Source of the DNA: an uncultured Acidobacteriota bacterium
GTDB lineage: Bacteria; Acidobacteriota; Thermoanaerobaculia; UBA5066; Gp7-AA6
Length of the DNA stretch: 64,000 nucleotides
NCBI GenBank assembly: GCA_963708395.1
Contig: CAVPSG010000001.1
Span: forward strand, 271,434-335,433
Direction: 5' to 3'
The stretch's first letter is position 1. Every line of letters starts with the position of its first letter. The notes beneath the pieces are model-generated. The model made no database searches, was not told the DNA's origin, and saw nothing but the letters and a program-made list of their open reading frames with translations. The position numbers were made by a program, and so were the translations under genes. Below, one piece after another: positions 32,462 through 42,118 of this stretch.

Positions 32462-32525
32462 CCGTGGTGTGCCGGGAGCCGCGCATCTTACGGAAAGACG
32501 GCGCGGGCGTCAACGCACGCCGCGC

Positions 32526-35500
32526 TCAGTCGAACTTGACCGACACGATCTTCGAGCAGCCCGGCTCTTCCATCGTGACGCCGTACATCGCGTCGGCGGT
32601 CTCCATCGTCCGCTTGTTGTGGGTGATGGCGATGAACTGCGTCTCCTCCGTCATGTCGCGCAGGAGCCGCGTGAACCGGTCGATGTTCGCCTCGTCGAGC
32701 GGCGCGTCCACCTCGTCCAGGATGCAGAACGGCGAAGGCTTGTAGCGGAAGATCGCGATCAGGAGCGCGATCGCCGTCAGCGCCTTCTCGCCGCCCGAGA
32801 GCAGCAGGATCGACTGGTTACGCTTGCCCGGGGGATGCGCCACGATCTCGATGCCGGATTCGAGCAGATCGTTCTCGTCGAGCAGCCGCATCTCCGCCGT
32901 GCCGCCCTGGAACAGGCGCGTGAAGACGCCCTTGAAGTTCTCGTTGATGGCCGTGAAGGCGTCGCGGAAGCGATCGGAGGACGTCACGTTGATCTTGCGG
33001 ATGGATTCCTGCAGCTCGGCGACCGAGCGGAGGAGGTCGTCCCTCTGGGTCGTGAGGAATGCGAGACGCTCGGTCTCCTGCTTGTGTTCCTCGAATGCGA
33101 GGACGTTGACGGGGCCCATCCGCTCGATCGAGGCCGCGAGCTCCGCGGCTTCCTGCTCGAGGGCCGCGAGCGCCTCCGCCGACGCGTCGGCCGGGGGAGC
33201 GAGCTCCGAGGCTTCGGTCGAGAAATCCGTGCGCGCCTCGGCTTCGACGTGCTCGAGGTCCGAGCGAAGACGCGTTTCCGCGACCTCCGACTCGAAGCGC
33301 GCCTCGCGGGCGGCGTCGAGGCCCGCGCGCCGGACCTTCGTCTCCTCCTCGCCGCGCGCGATGTGAGCCCCCGCGGCTTCCTCGGCCGAGGCGGCCGCGG
33401 TGAGATCTTCGGCGCGGCCGCGGCGCTGCCCGAGGTTCGACGCCTGGCGGGCGCGCGCTTCTTCGTCTTCCCGCGCGAGCTCGACGGCGCGCGCGGCGAG
33501 GCGCCCCTCTTCGTCTCGGGCCTCCGCCAGGCGCCGATCGAGCGTGGCGCGCGCCTCGAGCGCCTTCTCCCGGGCGCCTTCCAGAGCGCGGCGCCGCTCG
33601 GCGGCGACCTCGGCCTCCGTCCGACGGTGCGCCAGCTCTTCGGTCGCGGCCATGGCGAAGGAGCGCGCCTCGGGCATCTGGAGGGCGAGCGCTTCGGCCT
33701 GTTCGCGCAGCGCCGTTTCGCGCGCGGCGCAGCGCTCCTCCTCCTGCACGAGCTCGGAGCGGCGGCGCGCGAGCGCGTCGCCCTCCTGCGACAGCGCCGA
33801 GGCCTCCAGGCGCAGTGTGTTGCCTTCTTTCCGCAGGCGGTCCCGCTCCTCGCGGCGTTCCTCGAGCCGTCCGGCGAATGCCGACAGCGCGCCGGCGGCC
33901 CGCCGCTCGGTCTCGCGACGGCCGGGGACCTCGGTGCCACGCCGTTCGTGCTCCCGCCGCAGCTCGGCGGCGCGCGTCTCCGCGCCGCGCGCCTTCTCAC
34001 GCGAGGACACCGCCTCGGCGGCGAGGCTTTCCTGCTCCTTCGAGAGCGCGAATCGGCCCGCGGCGGCCGCGTCGCTCCGGACGGCGCCGTAGAGAGAGCC
34101 GCGCACGATCTCGCGCCGGCGCGTCACGAACGTCGTGCCGGGGCTGCGGCGCGAGCGTCCGACCGCGTCGGCGAGGCTCTCGACGAAGACGGCGGGAGGA
34201 AGCGCGGCTTTCTCCGCGGGCGACAGATCGTCCCAGTTCTCGAGGACGGCGCTCCAGCCGCCGGGGTCCGAAGGAGGCGCGGTCTCGGGCGCCCATCCCG
34301 CGTCCACGAGCCGGAGGACCGGTACGCCTCGCGCCGCCTCGAGCGCGCGCGCCGCACCGTCGTCGACGAGCAGCGCTTCGGCGTCGCGATCGAGCAGCAG
34401 ATCGACGGCTTCCTCCCAGCCTCGCTTCGGCCGGAGGCGCGCCGAGAGGCTCTCCCGCGTCCCGATGCCCACGCTCTCGAGCGCCCGGCGGACGTCGGCC
34501 GCGCTCGTCTCGCGCCCGTGCGCGACTTCTTCGAGAGCCGCGGCGCGATGCTCGATGCGCCCGAGCGCTTCGCGCGCCGCCCGATGCTCCTCCTCGGCGG
34601 CGTCACGCGCTGCGGCGAGACGCGCGAGTTCCGACTCGAAGGTCTGAAGGGCGCGGGCGGCGGCGTCCGCCTCGGTCGAGAGGTCGCGCTCCTCGCGCTC
34701 GGCCGCTTCGAACGCGCGCTCGCGACCCTCGAGCTCGGCGCCGATCTTCGCGGCGGCGCTCTCGATGCGCGCGAGCGATGCGACGACGCGTTCCGCCGCC
34801 AGGTCCACCTCGTGCCGCGCGTTGCGCGCGGCGACGCCCTCGCCGGCGGCGGTCAGCGTCTCGGACCGGGCGCGCTCGAGCGCTCCCTCGAGCCCGGCGA
34901 GCGCGCCGGCCGCGGCCGAGGCTTTCCGGTCGGCCTCCTCGCGGTCGAGAGAGCGCGACCGGGCCTCCGCGATCGCCCGCTCGACGCGCTCCTCGATCTC
35001 CTGAACCTCGCGCAACGTTCGCGCGTGCTCCTCGCCGAAGTCGCGCGTCTCACGCGCCAGGGCCTCCCGCTGCGCCGCGAGATCGGCGCCGGCGCGGCGA
35101 TTCGATTCGATGAGGGCCTCGTCGCGCCCGATCGCCGCCTCGAGGGCCGATACGACATCGCGCGCGCGTTCTCGCGCCGCGGTCGCATCGGCGGCATGGA
35201 GACGCGCCTGCGCGAGCTCGGCTTCACAGCGGCCGAGCGCCGCCGCCGCCTCCGCCTCGCGGTCGCGGCGTTGATCCCGGAGACGCGTCGCGTCGGCGAC
35301 GGCCGCGGTCAGCCGGTCGTGGCGCGAACGCAGGAGCGCCGAGCGCTTGATGCGCAGCGCTTCGGACTGCTCCTTGTAGCGCGCGGCGCGCGACGCCTGG
35401 CGCTTCAGCGACGCGACGTTGCGCTCGATCTCGGCGATGATGTCCGAGAGGCGCAGCAGGTTCCCGCGAGTCTCCTCGAGCTTCGTCTCGGCGAGGCGCT

Positions 35501-36068
35501 TGCGCAGCTTGTATCGCGTGATGCCGGCGGCCTCTTCGATGAGGCGCCGCCGGTCCTGCGGCTTCGTCGAGAGCACCTGATCGATGCGTCCCTGCTCGAT
35601 GACGGAGTAGGCGCGCACCCCGAGCCCGGTGCCCGAGAGCTGATCCTGGATGTCCTTGAGGCGGACCTGCTTGTCGTTGAGGAAGTACTCGCCGTGTCCT
35701 TCCCGGTACACGCGGCGCCCGATGCGGAGCGATTCGGGCTCTTCCGACTCCCCGTTGCCGTTGCCATTTCCGTCGCCGTTACCGTGGCCGCCTCCGTTGC
35801 TCCCGCGCCGCGAAAGGGTCAGCGTGACCTCGGCCATTCCGACGGGGCGCCGCTTGGCAGAGCCGTTGAAGATGACGTCGTCCATCCGCTCGCCGCGGAG
35901 CACTTTGGCGCTCTGCTCTCCGAGGGCCCAGGCGACGGCGTCGCAGATGTTGGATTTTCCGCACCCATTTGGGCCGACGACGGCGGTCACCCTTCCCGGA
36001 AAGGCCAGATCCACCTTTTCGTAGAAGGACTTGAAGCCCGCAATCTCGACCCGATCGAGCCGGAACAT
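32526..36068 (-). CDS. smc: Chromosome segregation protein SMC
   Basis: 1180-aa ORF. Walker A GPNGCGKSN, long coiled coils, hinge, C-terminal LSGGEKALTAIALL and CILDEVDAPLD. Confidence 0.95.
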   Translation of the reverse strand: MFRLDRVEIAGFKSFYEKVDLAFPGRVTAVVGPNGCGKSNICDAVAWALGEQSAKVLRGERMDDVIFNGSAKRRPVGMAEVTLTLSRRGSNGGGHGNGDGNGNGNGESEEPESLRIGRRVYREGHGEYFLNDKQVRLKDIQDQLSGTGLGVRAYSVIEQGRIDQVLSTKPQDRRRLIEEAAGITRYKLRKRLAETKLEETRGNLLRLSDIIAEIERNVASLKRQASRAARYKEQSEALRIKRSALLRSRHDRLTAAVADATRLRDQRRDREAEAAAALGRCEAELAQARLHAADATAARERARDVVSALEAAIGRDEALIESNRRAGADLAAQREALARETRDFGEEHARTLREVQEIEERVERAIAEARSRSLDREEADRKASAAAGALAGLEGALERARSETLTAAGEGVAARNARHEVDLAAERVVASLARIESAAAKIGAELEGRERAFEAAEREERDLSTEADAAARALQTFESELARLAAARDAAEEEHRAAREALGRIEHRAAALEEVAHGRETSAADVRRALESVGIGTRESLSARLRPKRGWEEAVDLLLDRDAEALLVDDGAARALEAARGVPVLRLVDAGWAPETAPPSDPGGWSAVLENWDDLSPAEKAALPPAVFVESLADAVGRSRRSPGTTFVTRRREIVRGSLYGAVRSDAAAAGRFALSKEQESLAAEAVSSREKARGAETRAAELRREHERRGTEVPGRRETERRAAGALSAFAGRLEERREERDRLRKEGNTLRLEASALSQEGDALARRRSELVQEEERCAARETALREQAEALALQMPEARSFAMAATEELAHRRTEAEVAAERRRALEGAREKALEARATLDRRLAEARDEEGRLAARAVELAREDEEARARQASNLGQRRGRAEDLTAAASAEEAAGAHIARGEEETKVRRAGLDAAREARFESEVAETRLRSDLEHVEAEARTDFSTEASELAPPADASAEALAALEQEAAELAASIERMGPVNVLAFEEHKQETERLAFLTTQRDDLLRSVAELQESIRKINVTSSDRFRDAFTAINENFKGVFTRLFQGGTAEMRLLDENDLLESGIEIVAHPPGKRNQSILLLSGGEKALTAIALLIAIFRYKPSPFCILDEVDAPLDEANIDRFTRLLRDMTEETQFIAITHNKRTMETADAMYGVTMEEPGCSKIVSVKFD

Positions 36069-36416
36069 CGATCCCTGGAATTTAACAAAAGCTCCTCACC
36101 ACCGCCACAAAATCTTGTGGTGGATGGCCAGGCATCCCCCAAACAATGGGGCGTCGGCCCGCTCGGGGGGTCGGGGAGTGTCCAGAACCCGAACAGGCCT
36201 CGTGGCGCCTGATTGGGCCGATCACAGTGGTCGGGGGCGCGCAGCGGCGCGGAAGGCTGGTCGGGGCCGGCGCTCTCGCGACGCATGTTTTGGCTCCGCG
36301 CTGACGGATTTCGTCCCTTCCGCATTGTCTTTTCGCTGCACATCCGAAGAAGATTCTTGTTCACCGGCGGCCCGGAAGGGAGTAGATTCCGAAAAGGCGA
36401 ACTCGAAAGAAACAAG

Positions 36417-37505
36417 ATGCTTAGTCTTGAGGTCCGTAAGAGAACGGGCGGCGCGGAAGTTCACCGCGTCAACTCTCCGGCACTGACGGTCGGAGCATCT
36501 TCCGGCAACGAGGTCGTGGTCCGCGCGCGCGGCGTGGCGGGCCGGCACTTCCGGATCCTCGAGCGCGACGGCCGCTACCACCTCGACCTGTACAAAGGCG
36601 TCGACGCGGTGAGCGTCAACGGCCACGAGTTCACCGGCGGACCGATCGCCGTCGGCGATCGCATCACGATCGGCGAGGCGACGTTGACCGTGCTCGGCGG
36701 TCGCGCGGCTCTCCGCACCGCCGTGCTGCAGGAGCCCGTGCGGCCCGAGCCGGCACCGGCGCCCGGAACGCTTCTCCAGGTCACGACGGGGCCGATGACG
36801 GAGGTCGAGTACCGCACCTTGCGGCTCTCGGCCTACGCGCTCTGCCGTTCGAGCCGCTCGCCGGAAGATTTCGCGGCGCGACTCGTGGACATGCTCGACC
36901 GCGAGCTGCCACCCTCCGAGTGGGCGGTGGGGCAGTGGTCGGCTGCCGGTTTCCGGGCCTGGTCCTCGACGTTCCGCGAGGCGCCCGCGGTCCCGCAGAA
37001 GCTTCTCGCCGACGCGCGCGAAGGGGAGCGTCTGGCGCGCGTGGATACCGTGACCGGGATGTTCAGCTTCCTGACGGAGCCGGACGTCGCGCCGGGAGAT
37101 ACGGCCGCGGCCATCTTCGTTCGCGAGGATCCCCGCCTGGCGGCGCGCGCGCTCCTCTTCCTCGAGGAGCTCGTGCAGCTCGTGGGCCTCGTCCTCCGGG
37201 GCGCCGTCGCCGGAGGCGAGGAAGCGGTGGACGAAGAGCCCGAAACCGCCGCCGCCGTCGAGACGGCGTCGCCGTCGAACGGCAGCGAGATGGAGGCGAC
37301 GCTCCGCCGCACGGACGATCTGAAGAAGATCATCGAGTCCGTCGAGCACGAGGTCATCGACCGCACGATGCGCCGCGTCGAGGGAAATCAGAGCCGCGGC
37401 GCGCAGAACCTGAACATCTCGCGCGGCTCGCTCATCGCGAAGCTCAAGGAGTACGGGATTCCCGACTACCGATATCTGCGGCGCGAGCGCAACCGCCGGC
37501 CCTAG
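36417..37505 (+). CDS. FHA-domain protein with a C-terminal Fis-type HTH
   Basis: Frame of ORF 36213..37505. ATG 36417 (MLSLEVRK..). FHA-like TVGASSGNEVVVRARGVAGRHFRI..VSVNG. C-terminus GNQSRGAQNLNISRGSLIAKLKEYGI. Confidence 0.7.
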   Translation: MLSLEVRKRTGGAEVHRVNSPALTVGASSGNEVVVRARGVAGRHFRILERDGRYHLDLYKGVDAVSVNGHEFTGGPIAVGDRITIGEATLTVLGGRAALRTAVLQEPVRPEPAPAPGTLLQVTTGPMTEVEYRTLRLSAYALCRSSRSPEDFAARLVDMLDRELPPSEWAVGQWSAAGFRAWSSTFREAPAVPQKLLADAREGERLARVDTVTGMFSFLTEPDVAPGDTAAAIFVREDPRLAARALLFLEELVQLVGLVLRGAVAGGEEAVDEEPETAAAVETASPSNGSEMEATLRRTDDLKKIIESVEHEVIDRTMRRVEGNQSRGAQNLNISRGSLIAKLKEYGIPDYRYLRRERNRRP

Positions 37506-37556
37506 GGCTGTCGCGGTTGAGCCCTCGGGGCCGAAACTCTCGACCGCCGGTCGTCC

Positions 37557-37610
37557 CTGACCCCGCGGCGCCCGTAACGCCATCCCACTCTCTTTTTCAG
37601 CAACCTGCTA
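37557..37610. repeat. Solo copy (inverted) of the stop-codon-abutting module seen at 14018-14070
   Basis: The reverse complement TAGCAGGTTGCTGAAAAAGAGAGTGGGATGGCGTTACGGGCGCCGCGGGGTCAG compares with TAGCGGGTTGCTGAAAAAGGGTGTGGGATGGCGTTACGAGCGCCGGGGGTCAG. Its TAG is the stop codon of the gene at 37608-38189. Confidence 0.75.
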
Positions 37611-38189
37611 TCGCTGCCTCCCTCTCGGGTTTCCTCCGGCTCGACCCTCGTCCCCTCGCCGGAGCCACCACCAGATCGCAAACGGGGCCGCAAAGCGTCC
37701 GGCGACCTCGTAGAAGTGGAAGCCGCCCGCCCAGAAATTGCGCGCCACCGCGCCGTAGCGCTCCGCGCTCCACGGCCCGAGAGCCGTCGCATAAACGGAG
37801 CGCACCTGGAAAACCAGGGCGGCAACGTGCACGGCGAACAGGACGAGACATCCGAGAAGCAGCGCGCCGACGCGCTTTCCGTGGAGCGGATGCGGGTCGA
37901 GAGCGAAGAGCGCGACGAGAAGGACCAGGTTGAAATGGATGTCCGCGGCCGGCAGCCCGGGCCGGGGCGAGCCCGGCGGCAGGTCGGCGCGCTCGACGAG
38001 AATCTCGCCGCCCGCCGCCGCGAGTCGCGTGACGGCGGGCCGCTCGGTCGCGCGCAGGACCGCCTCCGCGGCGGACGCGAGGAGGCGCTCGTAGGGCGCG
38101 CCGAAGCCGAACCAGAAGGCGAGCGCGAGAACGAAGCCCGTGAGCGCGCGCAACACCGCGGCGCGGCCGAGACCGCGGCGGTATTTCAC
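37608..38189 (-). CDS. Polytopic membrane protein translationally coupled to the exosortase-like gene
   Basis: Frame of ORF 37608..38822. GTG 38189 overlaps the upstream stop (GTGA). VKYRRGLGRAAVLRALTGFVLALAFWFGF.., about 5 TM segments. Confidence 0.6.
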   Translation of the reverse strand: MKYRRGLGRAAVLRALTGFVLALAFWFGFGAPYERLLASAAEAVLRATERPAVTRLAAAGGEILVERADLPPGSPRPGLPAADIHFNLVLLVALFALDPHPLHGKRVGALLLGCLVLFAVHVAALVFQVRSVYATALGPWSAERYGAVARNFWAGGFHFYEVAGRFAAPFAIWWWLRRGDEGRAGGNPRGRQR

Positions 38190-38725
38190 TGCCGCCGTTC
38201 GGCGGCGGCCGGCCCGGCCGGGCGCGCCCGCGCTGCCCAGGAGAGGAAGAGGAGCACGCCGAACAGCACGACGAGCGACTGCCAGAGCACCGTGTGCGAG
38301 GCGGAGAAGAGCGCGGGCCGGTGGACGCCGATCCAGAAGAGCGAAACGACGCGGACGAGATTCACGAGCTCGATCGCGGTGAAACCGAGGAGGAGACCGG
38401 CGAGACGCCGCTTCCAGGGCGCGGGAAACGAGAGGACCGCCGCGGTGAAGAGGAGCACGGTCTCCAGGCCGTTGCACCCGTTCTCGATCTGCACGGCGAA
38501 CGCGGGCGCGCGAATCTCGGTCCCGGCGACGGCGGCCGGCTCCCCGAGCGCGTTCAGGATCGCGCCGGAGACGCGGGCGATCGCCGCCGTGAAGGGCACC
38601 ACGACGGCGTCGTTCATCGGACGAAGCGCGATCGCGACGTAGAAGAGGACGAGCAGAACGCCGAAACACGCGAGAAAGGCGAGAGACTCGCGGCGGTGGG
38701 ACGGGGAGCCCGGTTCCGCCTTCAT
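38186..38725 (-). CDS. Short exosortase/archaeosortase-family protein (179 aa)
   Basis: Frame of ORF 38186..39118. ATG 38725 overlaps the thioesterase stop (ATGA). Cys-Arg-His pattern: IENGCNGLE, ELVNLVRVV, SASHTVLW. About 5 TM segments. Confidence 0.65.
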   Translation of the reverse strand: MKAEPGSPSHRRESLAFLACFGVLLVLFYVAIALRPMNDAVVVPFTAAIARVSGAILNALGEPAAVAGTEIRAPAFAVQIENGCNGLETVLLFTAAVLSFPAPWKRRLAGLLLGFTAIELVNLVRVVSLFWIGVHRPALFSASHTVLWQSLVVLFGVLLFLSWAARARPAGPAAAERRQ

Positions 38726-39189
38726 CCCGCGACGGGACGCGCCGCGGGCTGGGAGTCGAGGATCTCGCGGACGAGGCGCGCGATCGGCGCGGGAAGCGCG
38801 AGGAGCAGCTCTCCCCGCGCATTCAGGACGACCTGCTCCGTCTCGGCCGTCGCCAGGAGCCGGCCCGGGGCGTCCCGCAGCTCGTAGTCGAGGACGATGC
38901 GCGCGGCCTCGGGCTCGCGCAGGCGCGCGGTGGCGCGCACGGTCGTGTCCGCGAGGATCGCCTGCCGGTAACGGATCTCCATGCGAGTGATCGGGACGCG
39001 ATAGCCGAGCGCCAGCGAGCGCGTCGCGGTGAATCCGTGCGCGCCGGTCAGGGCCTCGCGAACCTGCTCGAGGTAGAGCGCGTAGTGGCCGTGCCAGACG
39101 ACGCCGTAGGCGTCGCACTCGGCGAATCGGACGGGGATGTCGATCGAGAATCCCCCGAGCGGCGGCGCCTCGGGGCGCGCGCGCGTCAT
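38722..39189 (-). CDS. Acyl-CoA/acyl-ACP thioesterase, 4HBT (YbgC-like) hot-dog fold
   Basis: C-terminal part of ORF 38722..41517, starting at MTRARPEAPPLGGFSIDIPVRFAECDAYGVVWHGHYALYLE.. . ATGA overlap with the upstream gene. Confidence 0.75.
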   Translation of the reverse strand: MTRARPEAPPLGGFSIDIPVRFAECDAYGVVWHGHYALYLEQVREALTGAHGFTATRSLALGYRVPITRMEIRYRQAILADTTVRATARLREPEAARIVLDYELRDAPGRLLATAETEQVVLNARGELLLALPAPIARLVREILDSQPAARPVAG

Positions 39190-40329
39190 GGCGTCGCTCC
39201 GTTGGAGACGGCCTCGACGACCGCGGCGAGGAAGTTGCCGCCGGCGCCGAAGGAGTTCACGAGCGCGCGCCGCGGCCGATCGTTTCCGGCGAACGGCCCG
39301 TCCGGATCGGCGACGGCGCGGCAGGCGGCGACGAGCTGCCCGCCGCCGGACGCCGCCATCTCTCCGACTGCCCGCTTGACCTCGATCTGCGGGGGCGGCG
39401 ATCCGAAGAGGCGTGCGAGGGCCTCCGCCTCCGCGGAGTCCATTTCGTCGACGCCGTCGCGGGAAGGGAAGATCAAGCCGACGTCCGCCGGAGAGGCGCC
39501 CGCATCCTCGAGCGCCCCGGACATGGCGCGCGCCATCGCGTCGGGATCGGGCGCGAACCGGTAGGGATCGGTCGGCACGCCGGCGACGGCGAGCCCCGCG
39601 AGGCGCGCGAGGGGCCGCCCGCCGCGATTCCGCGCGGAGGCTTCGTCCTCGAGCAGGAGCGCGAAGGCGCCCTCGCCCTGCACGATCCCGGAGGACTTCT
39701 TCTGGCCGCGGAGCGCGCTCACGCGGTCGAATCCGAGCGCGTAGTACGGGTTCCACTCGTCCACGCCCCCGGCGAGCATCGCCCGCGCGCGCCCGGCGGA
39801 GATCGCGAGCGACGCGAAGAGAAGCGCATTCAGAGCCGACGGGTCCTTCTGCGTGACGGTGACGTTCGGGCCGTAGACTTTGAGCTCGATCGAGACCTGT
39901 GAGGCGGGCGCGTTGGCGACCGTGTTGGGGAAGTGGAACGGCGGCGCCGCCTCGGGCGACTCGGTGAGGAGGACGCGCAGGAACTCCGTCAGCGCCCCGG
40001 CGCCTGCCGATCCCGTGCCGAGCGCGATTCCGATCGACTCGGGATCCTTCGCGACGTCGTAGCACGCTTCCGCGATCGCCTGCGCGCACGCGACGATCGC
40101 GAACTGGCTTCCGCGGTCGAACCGGCGGGCCTTCATCGGCGGGATCTCCGGCTGCGGCGTGAAGCCGTCGCACCGCGCGACGTGCGTGGCCTGGAGTCCC
40201 TTGCGCTCGTCTTCCGTCATCGGACGGACGGCGCTCTCTCCCGCGAGCAGCCGCCGGTAGAACTTCCGGCGCCGATCGCCCGAGCGGGCAGACGGCTCCG
40301 GTGCCGGTGAAGACGCCGCGCGAAGGCAT
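39186..40329 (-). CDS. Beta-ketoacyl synthase-like protein lacking the catalytic Cys (chain-length-factor-like); 1 frameshift near 40258-40270
   Basis: ORF 39186..40220 plus the N-terminal piece MPSRGVFTGTGAVCPLGRSAPE (ATG 40329), joined by a shift to FYRRLLAGESAVRPMTEDE.. . The active-site position reads GPNVTVTQKDPS instead of TACxSS. Confidence 0.7.
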
Positions 40330-40337
40330 GCGACGGC

Positions 40338-41545
40338 TCAGGCGCGCGCCAGGACGACGACCGTGCTGTTGCCCCCGAACGCGAACGAGTTCGAGAGCGC
40401 GACGCGCACGTCCGCCTCGCGCGCCGCGTTCGGGACGTAGTCGAGGTCGCACGCCGGATCGGGGTTCTCGTAGTGGATCGTCGGCGGGACGATCCCTTCG
40501 CGGATCGTGAGCGCCGTGGCGACCGCCTCGATCGCGCCCGACGCGCAGAGGCAGTGCCCGATCATGGACTTGATCGAGGAGACCGGGATCCTCCGCGCCC
40601 GTTCGCCGAGGCCGGTCTTCAGCGCCGCCGTCTCGGCGGAGTCGTTCTGCGGCGTCGCCGTGCCGTGCGCGTTGACGTAGTCGACCCGCGTCGGCGTCGA
40701 TTCCGGCCGACGCGAGAGCGGCGCGCACGGTCCGGCCGCCGGCCGCCCCCGAAGGGTCCGGCGCCGTCATGTGGTACGCGTCGGAGGTCACGCCGTAGCC
40801 GAGGAACTCCGCGACGATCGGCGCTCCGCGGCGACGCGCGCGCTCCTCCTCCTCGAAGACGAGGATGCCGGCGGCCTCGCCGATCGAGAGGCCGCGACGC
40901 TCGCGATCGAACGGGCGGCAGGGATCGGGATCGACGGATCGCAGCGAATTGAACCCCCCGTACGTGAGGCGCGCGAGCACGTCCGAGCCGCCGGTCAAGA
41001 CACGTCCGCGAGGCCCGATGCGATGGCGTCGAAGGCGTATCCCATCGCGTTGGCCGAGGACGAGCAGGCGGTCGTGATCGTCGACTTGATGCCCTCGAGG
41101 CTCCAGTGCTGCGCGACGCGGTCGGTGATCGCGTCGGGCAGGTGGTTGAGGACGCGCGACGGGCGCGCCTTCCGGCCCTGAAGGTGCCGCGCGAAGAACT
41201 CCTCCGAGTCGAGGAGGCCGGACGTCCCGCCGCCGAGGATCACGCCGACGCGCGTCGGATCCTCGCGCGAGAGGTCGAGCCCGGCCGCGGCGATCGCCTC
41301 GGACGCGGCGGCGATACCCATCCGGTCGGCGCGGGACATCCGGCGCTTCTCGACGGGGGAGAGGACGCCGTCGGGGATCTCCCGGACTTCCGCGGCCGTC
41401 TGCGTCCGGTAGGTCGAGGCATCGAAGAGGGAGAGGGGGCGGATGCCGCAGACGCCCGCGGTCAGGTTCTTCCAGAACTCGGCGCACGCTCGTGCCGATC
41501 GCCGTCACGGCGCCCAATCCCGTTACGACGACGCGGCGTCCCCAT
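40338..41545 (-). pseudogene. Beta-ketoacyl-ACP synthase (FabF/KS-alpha-like), at least 4 frameshifts
   Basis: The pieces lie in different frames: RVVVTGLGAVTAIGTS; AEFWKNLTAG..TITTACSSSANAMGYAFDAI (ORF 40995..41339); [18 protein letters not shown]; [47 protein letters not shown] (ORF 40338..40565). Breaks are near 40687, 41002, 41485 and 41525. Confidence 0.8.
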
Positions 41546-42038
41546 GGCCATGGAGCGTCGCGATTCTGACCGACGGATCGCTGAGTGCATAATCCGCCGC
41601 GTGTCCGAGCGCGTCGACTGGCACACCTACTTCATGAACATCGCGCGCCAGGTCGCGACGCGCTCGACCTGTCCGCGCAAGCACGTCGGCGCCGTGATCG
41701 TGCGCGACAGGACGATCCTCTCGACGGGCTACAACGGCTCGATCCGCGGGCTGCCGCACTGCGAGGACGTCGGGTGCCTCGATGGAGGACGGCCACTGCG
41801 TCGCACCGTGCACGCCGAGGCCAACGCGATCCTGCAGGCCGCCAAGAACGGCGTCGCGGTCGACGGCGCCGAGATCTACACGACGGCGAGCCCGTGCTGG
41901 CCCTGCTTCAAGCTCATCGCGAACGCCGGCATCGGGCGCGTCTACTTCGGCGAGTTCTATCGGGACGAGCGCTCGATCGCCGTCGCGCGCGACGCGGGGA
42001 TCGAGCTCGTGGATCTGGGAAAGGGAACGAAGAGCTAG
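41544..42038 (+). CDS. dCMP deaminase (ComEB-type cytidine/deoxycytidylate deaminase)
   Basis: Frame of ORF 41106..42038. WHTYFMNIARQVATRSTCPRKHVGAVIV, HAEANAI, PCWPCFKLI. GTG 41601 is an alternative start. An internal compensated double frameshift lies at 41781/41802. Confidence 0.85.
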   Translation: MAMERRDSDRRIAECIIRRVSERVDWHTYFMNIARQVATRSTCPRKHVGAVIVRDRTILSTGYNGSIRGLPHCEDVGCLDGGRPLRRTVHAEANAILQAAKNGVAVDGAEIYTTASPCWPCFKLIANAGIGRVYFGEFYRDERSIAVARDAGIELVDLGKGTKS

Positions 42039-42039
42039 C

Positions 42040-42118
42040 GGACTGAGGACTGAGGACTGAGGACTCTACGTACTAGAGCCTCGCGAGTCCTCCGTCCCCG
42101 GTCCCAAGTCCTCCGTCA
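42040..42118. repeat. 7-bp-periodic inverted array: 4x GGACTnn, then 4-5x GTCCnnn
   Basis: GGAC at 42040, 42047, 42054, 42061. GTCC at 42087, 42094, 42101, 42108 (GTCA at 42115). Lies between convergent stop codons. Confidence 0.75.

Noticed and set aside
32469-36212. 1247-aa plus-strand ORF antisense to smc. Similar long antisense ORFs: 2672..4537, 4191..6065, 21563..22303, 23373..24995, 28905..30350, 54678..56414, 59999..62089.
   Set aside because: They are shadow ORFs typical of high-GC DNA. Their products are Arg/Gly/Asp/Glu-rich low-complexity sequence with no motifs. Each lies opposite a gene with clear family motifs.
36069-36416. 348-bp smc/FHA divergent intergenic region with the hairpin CCACAA-aatc-TTGTGG. 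Considered as a possible sRNA, SRP RNA or 6S RNA.
   Set aside because: I could find no match to conserved cores of known housekeeping RNAs. The hairpin is short. It is most simply two divergent promoters.
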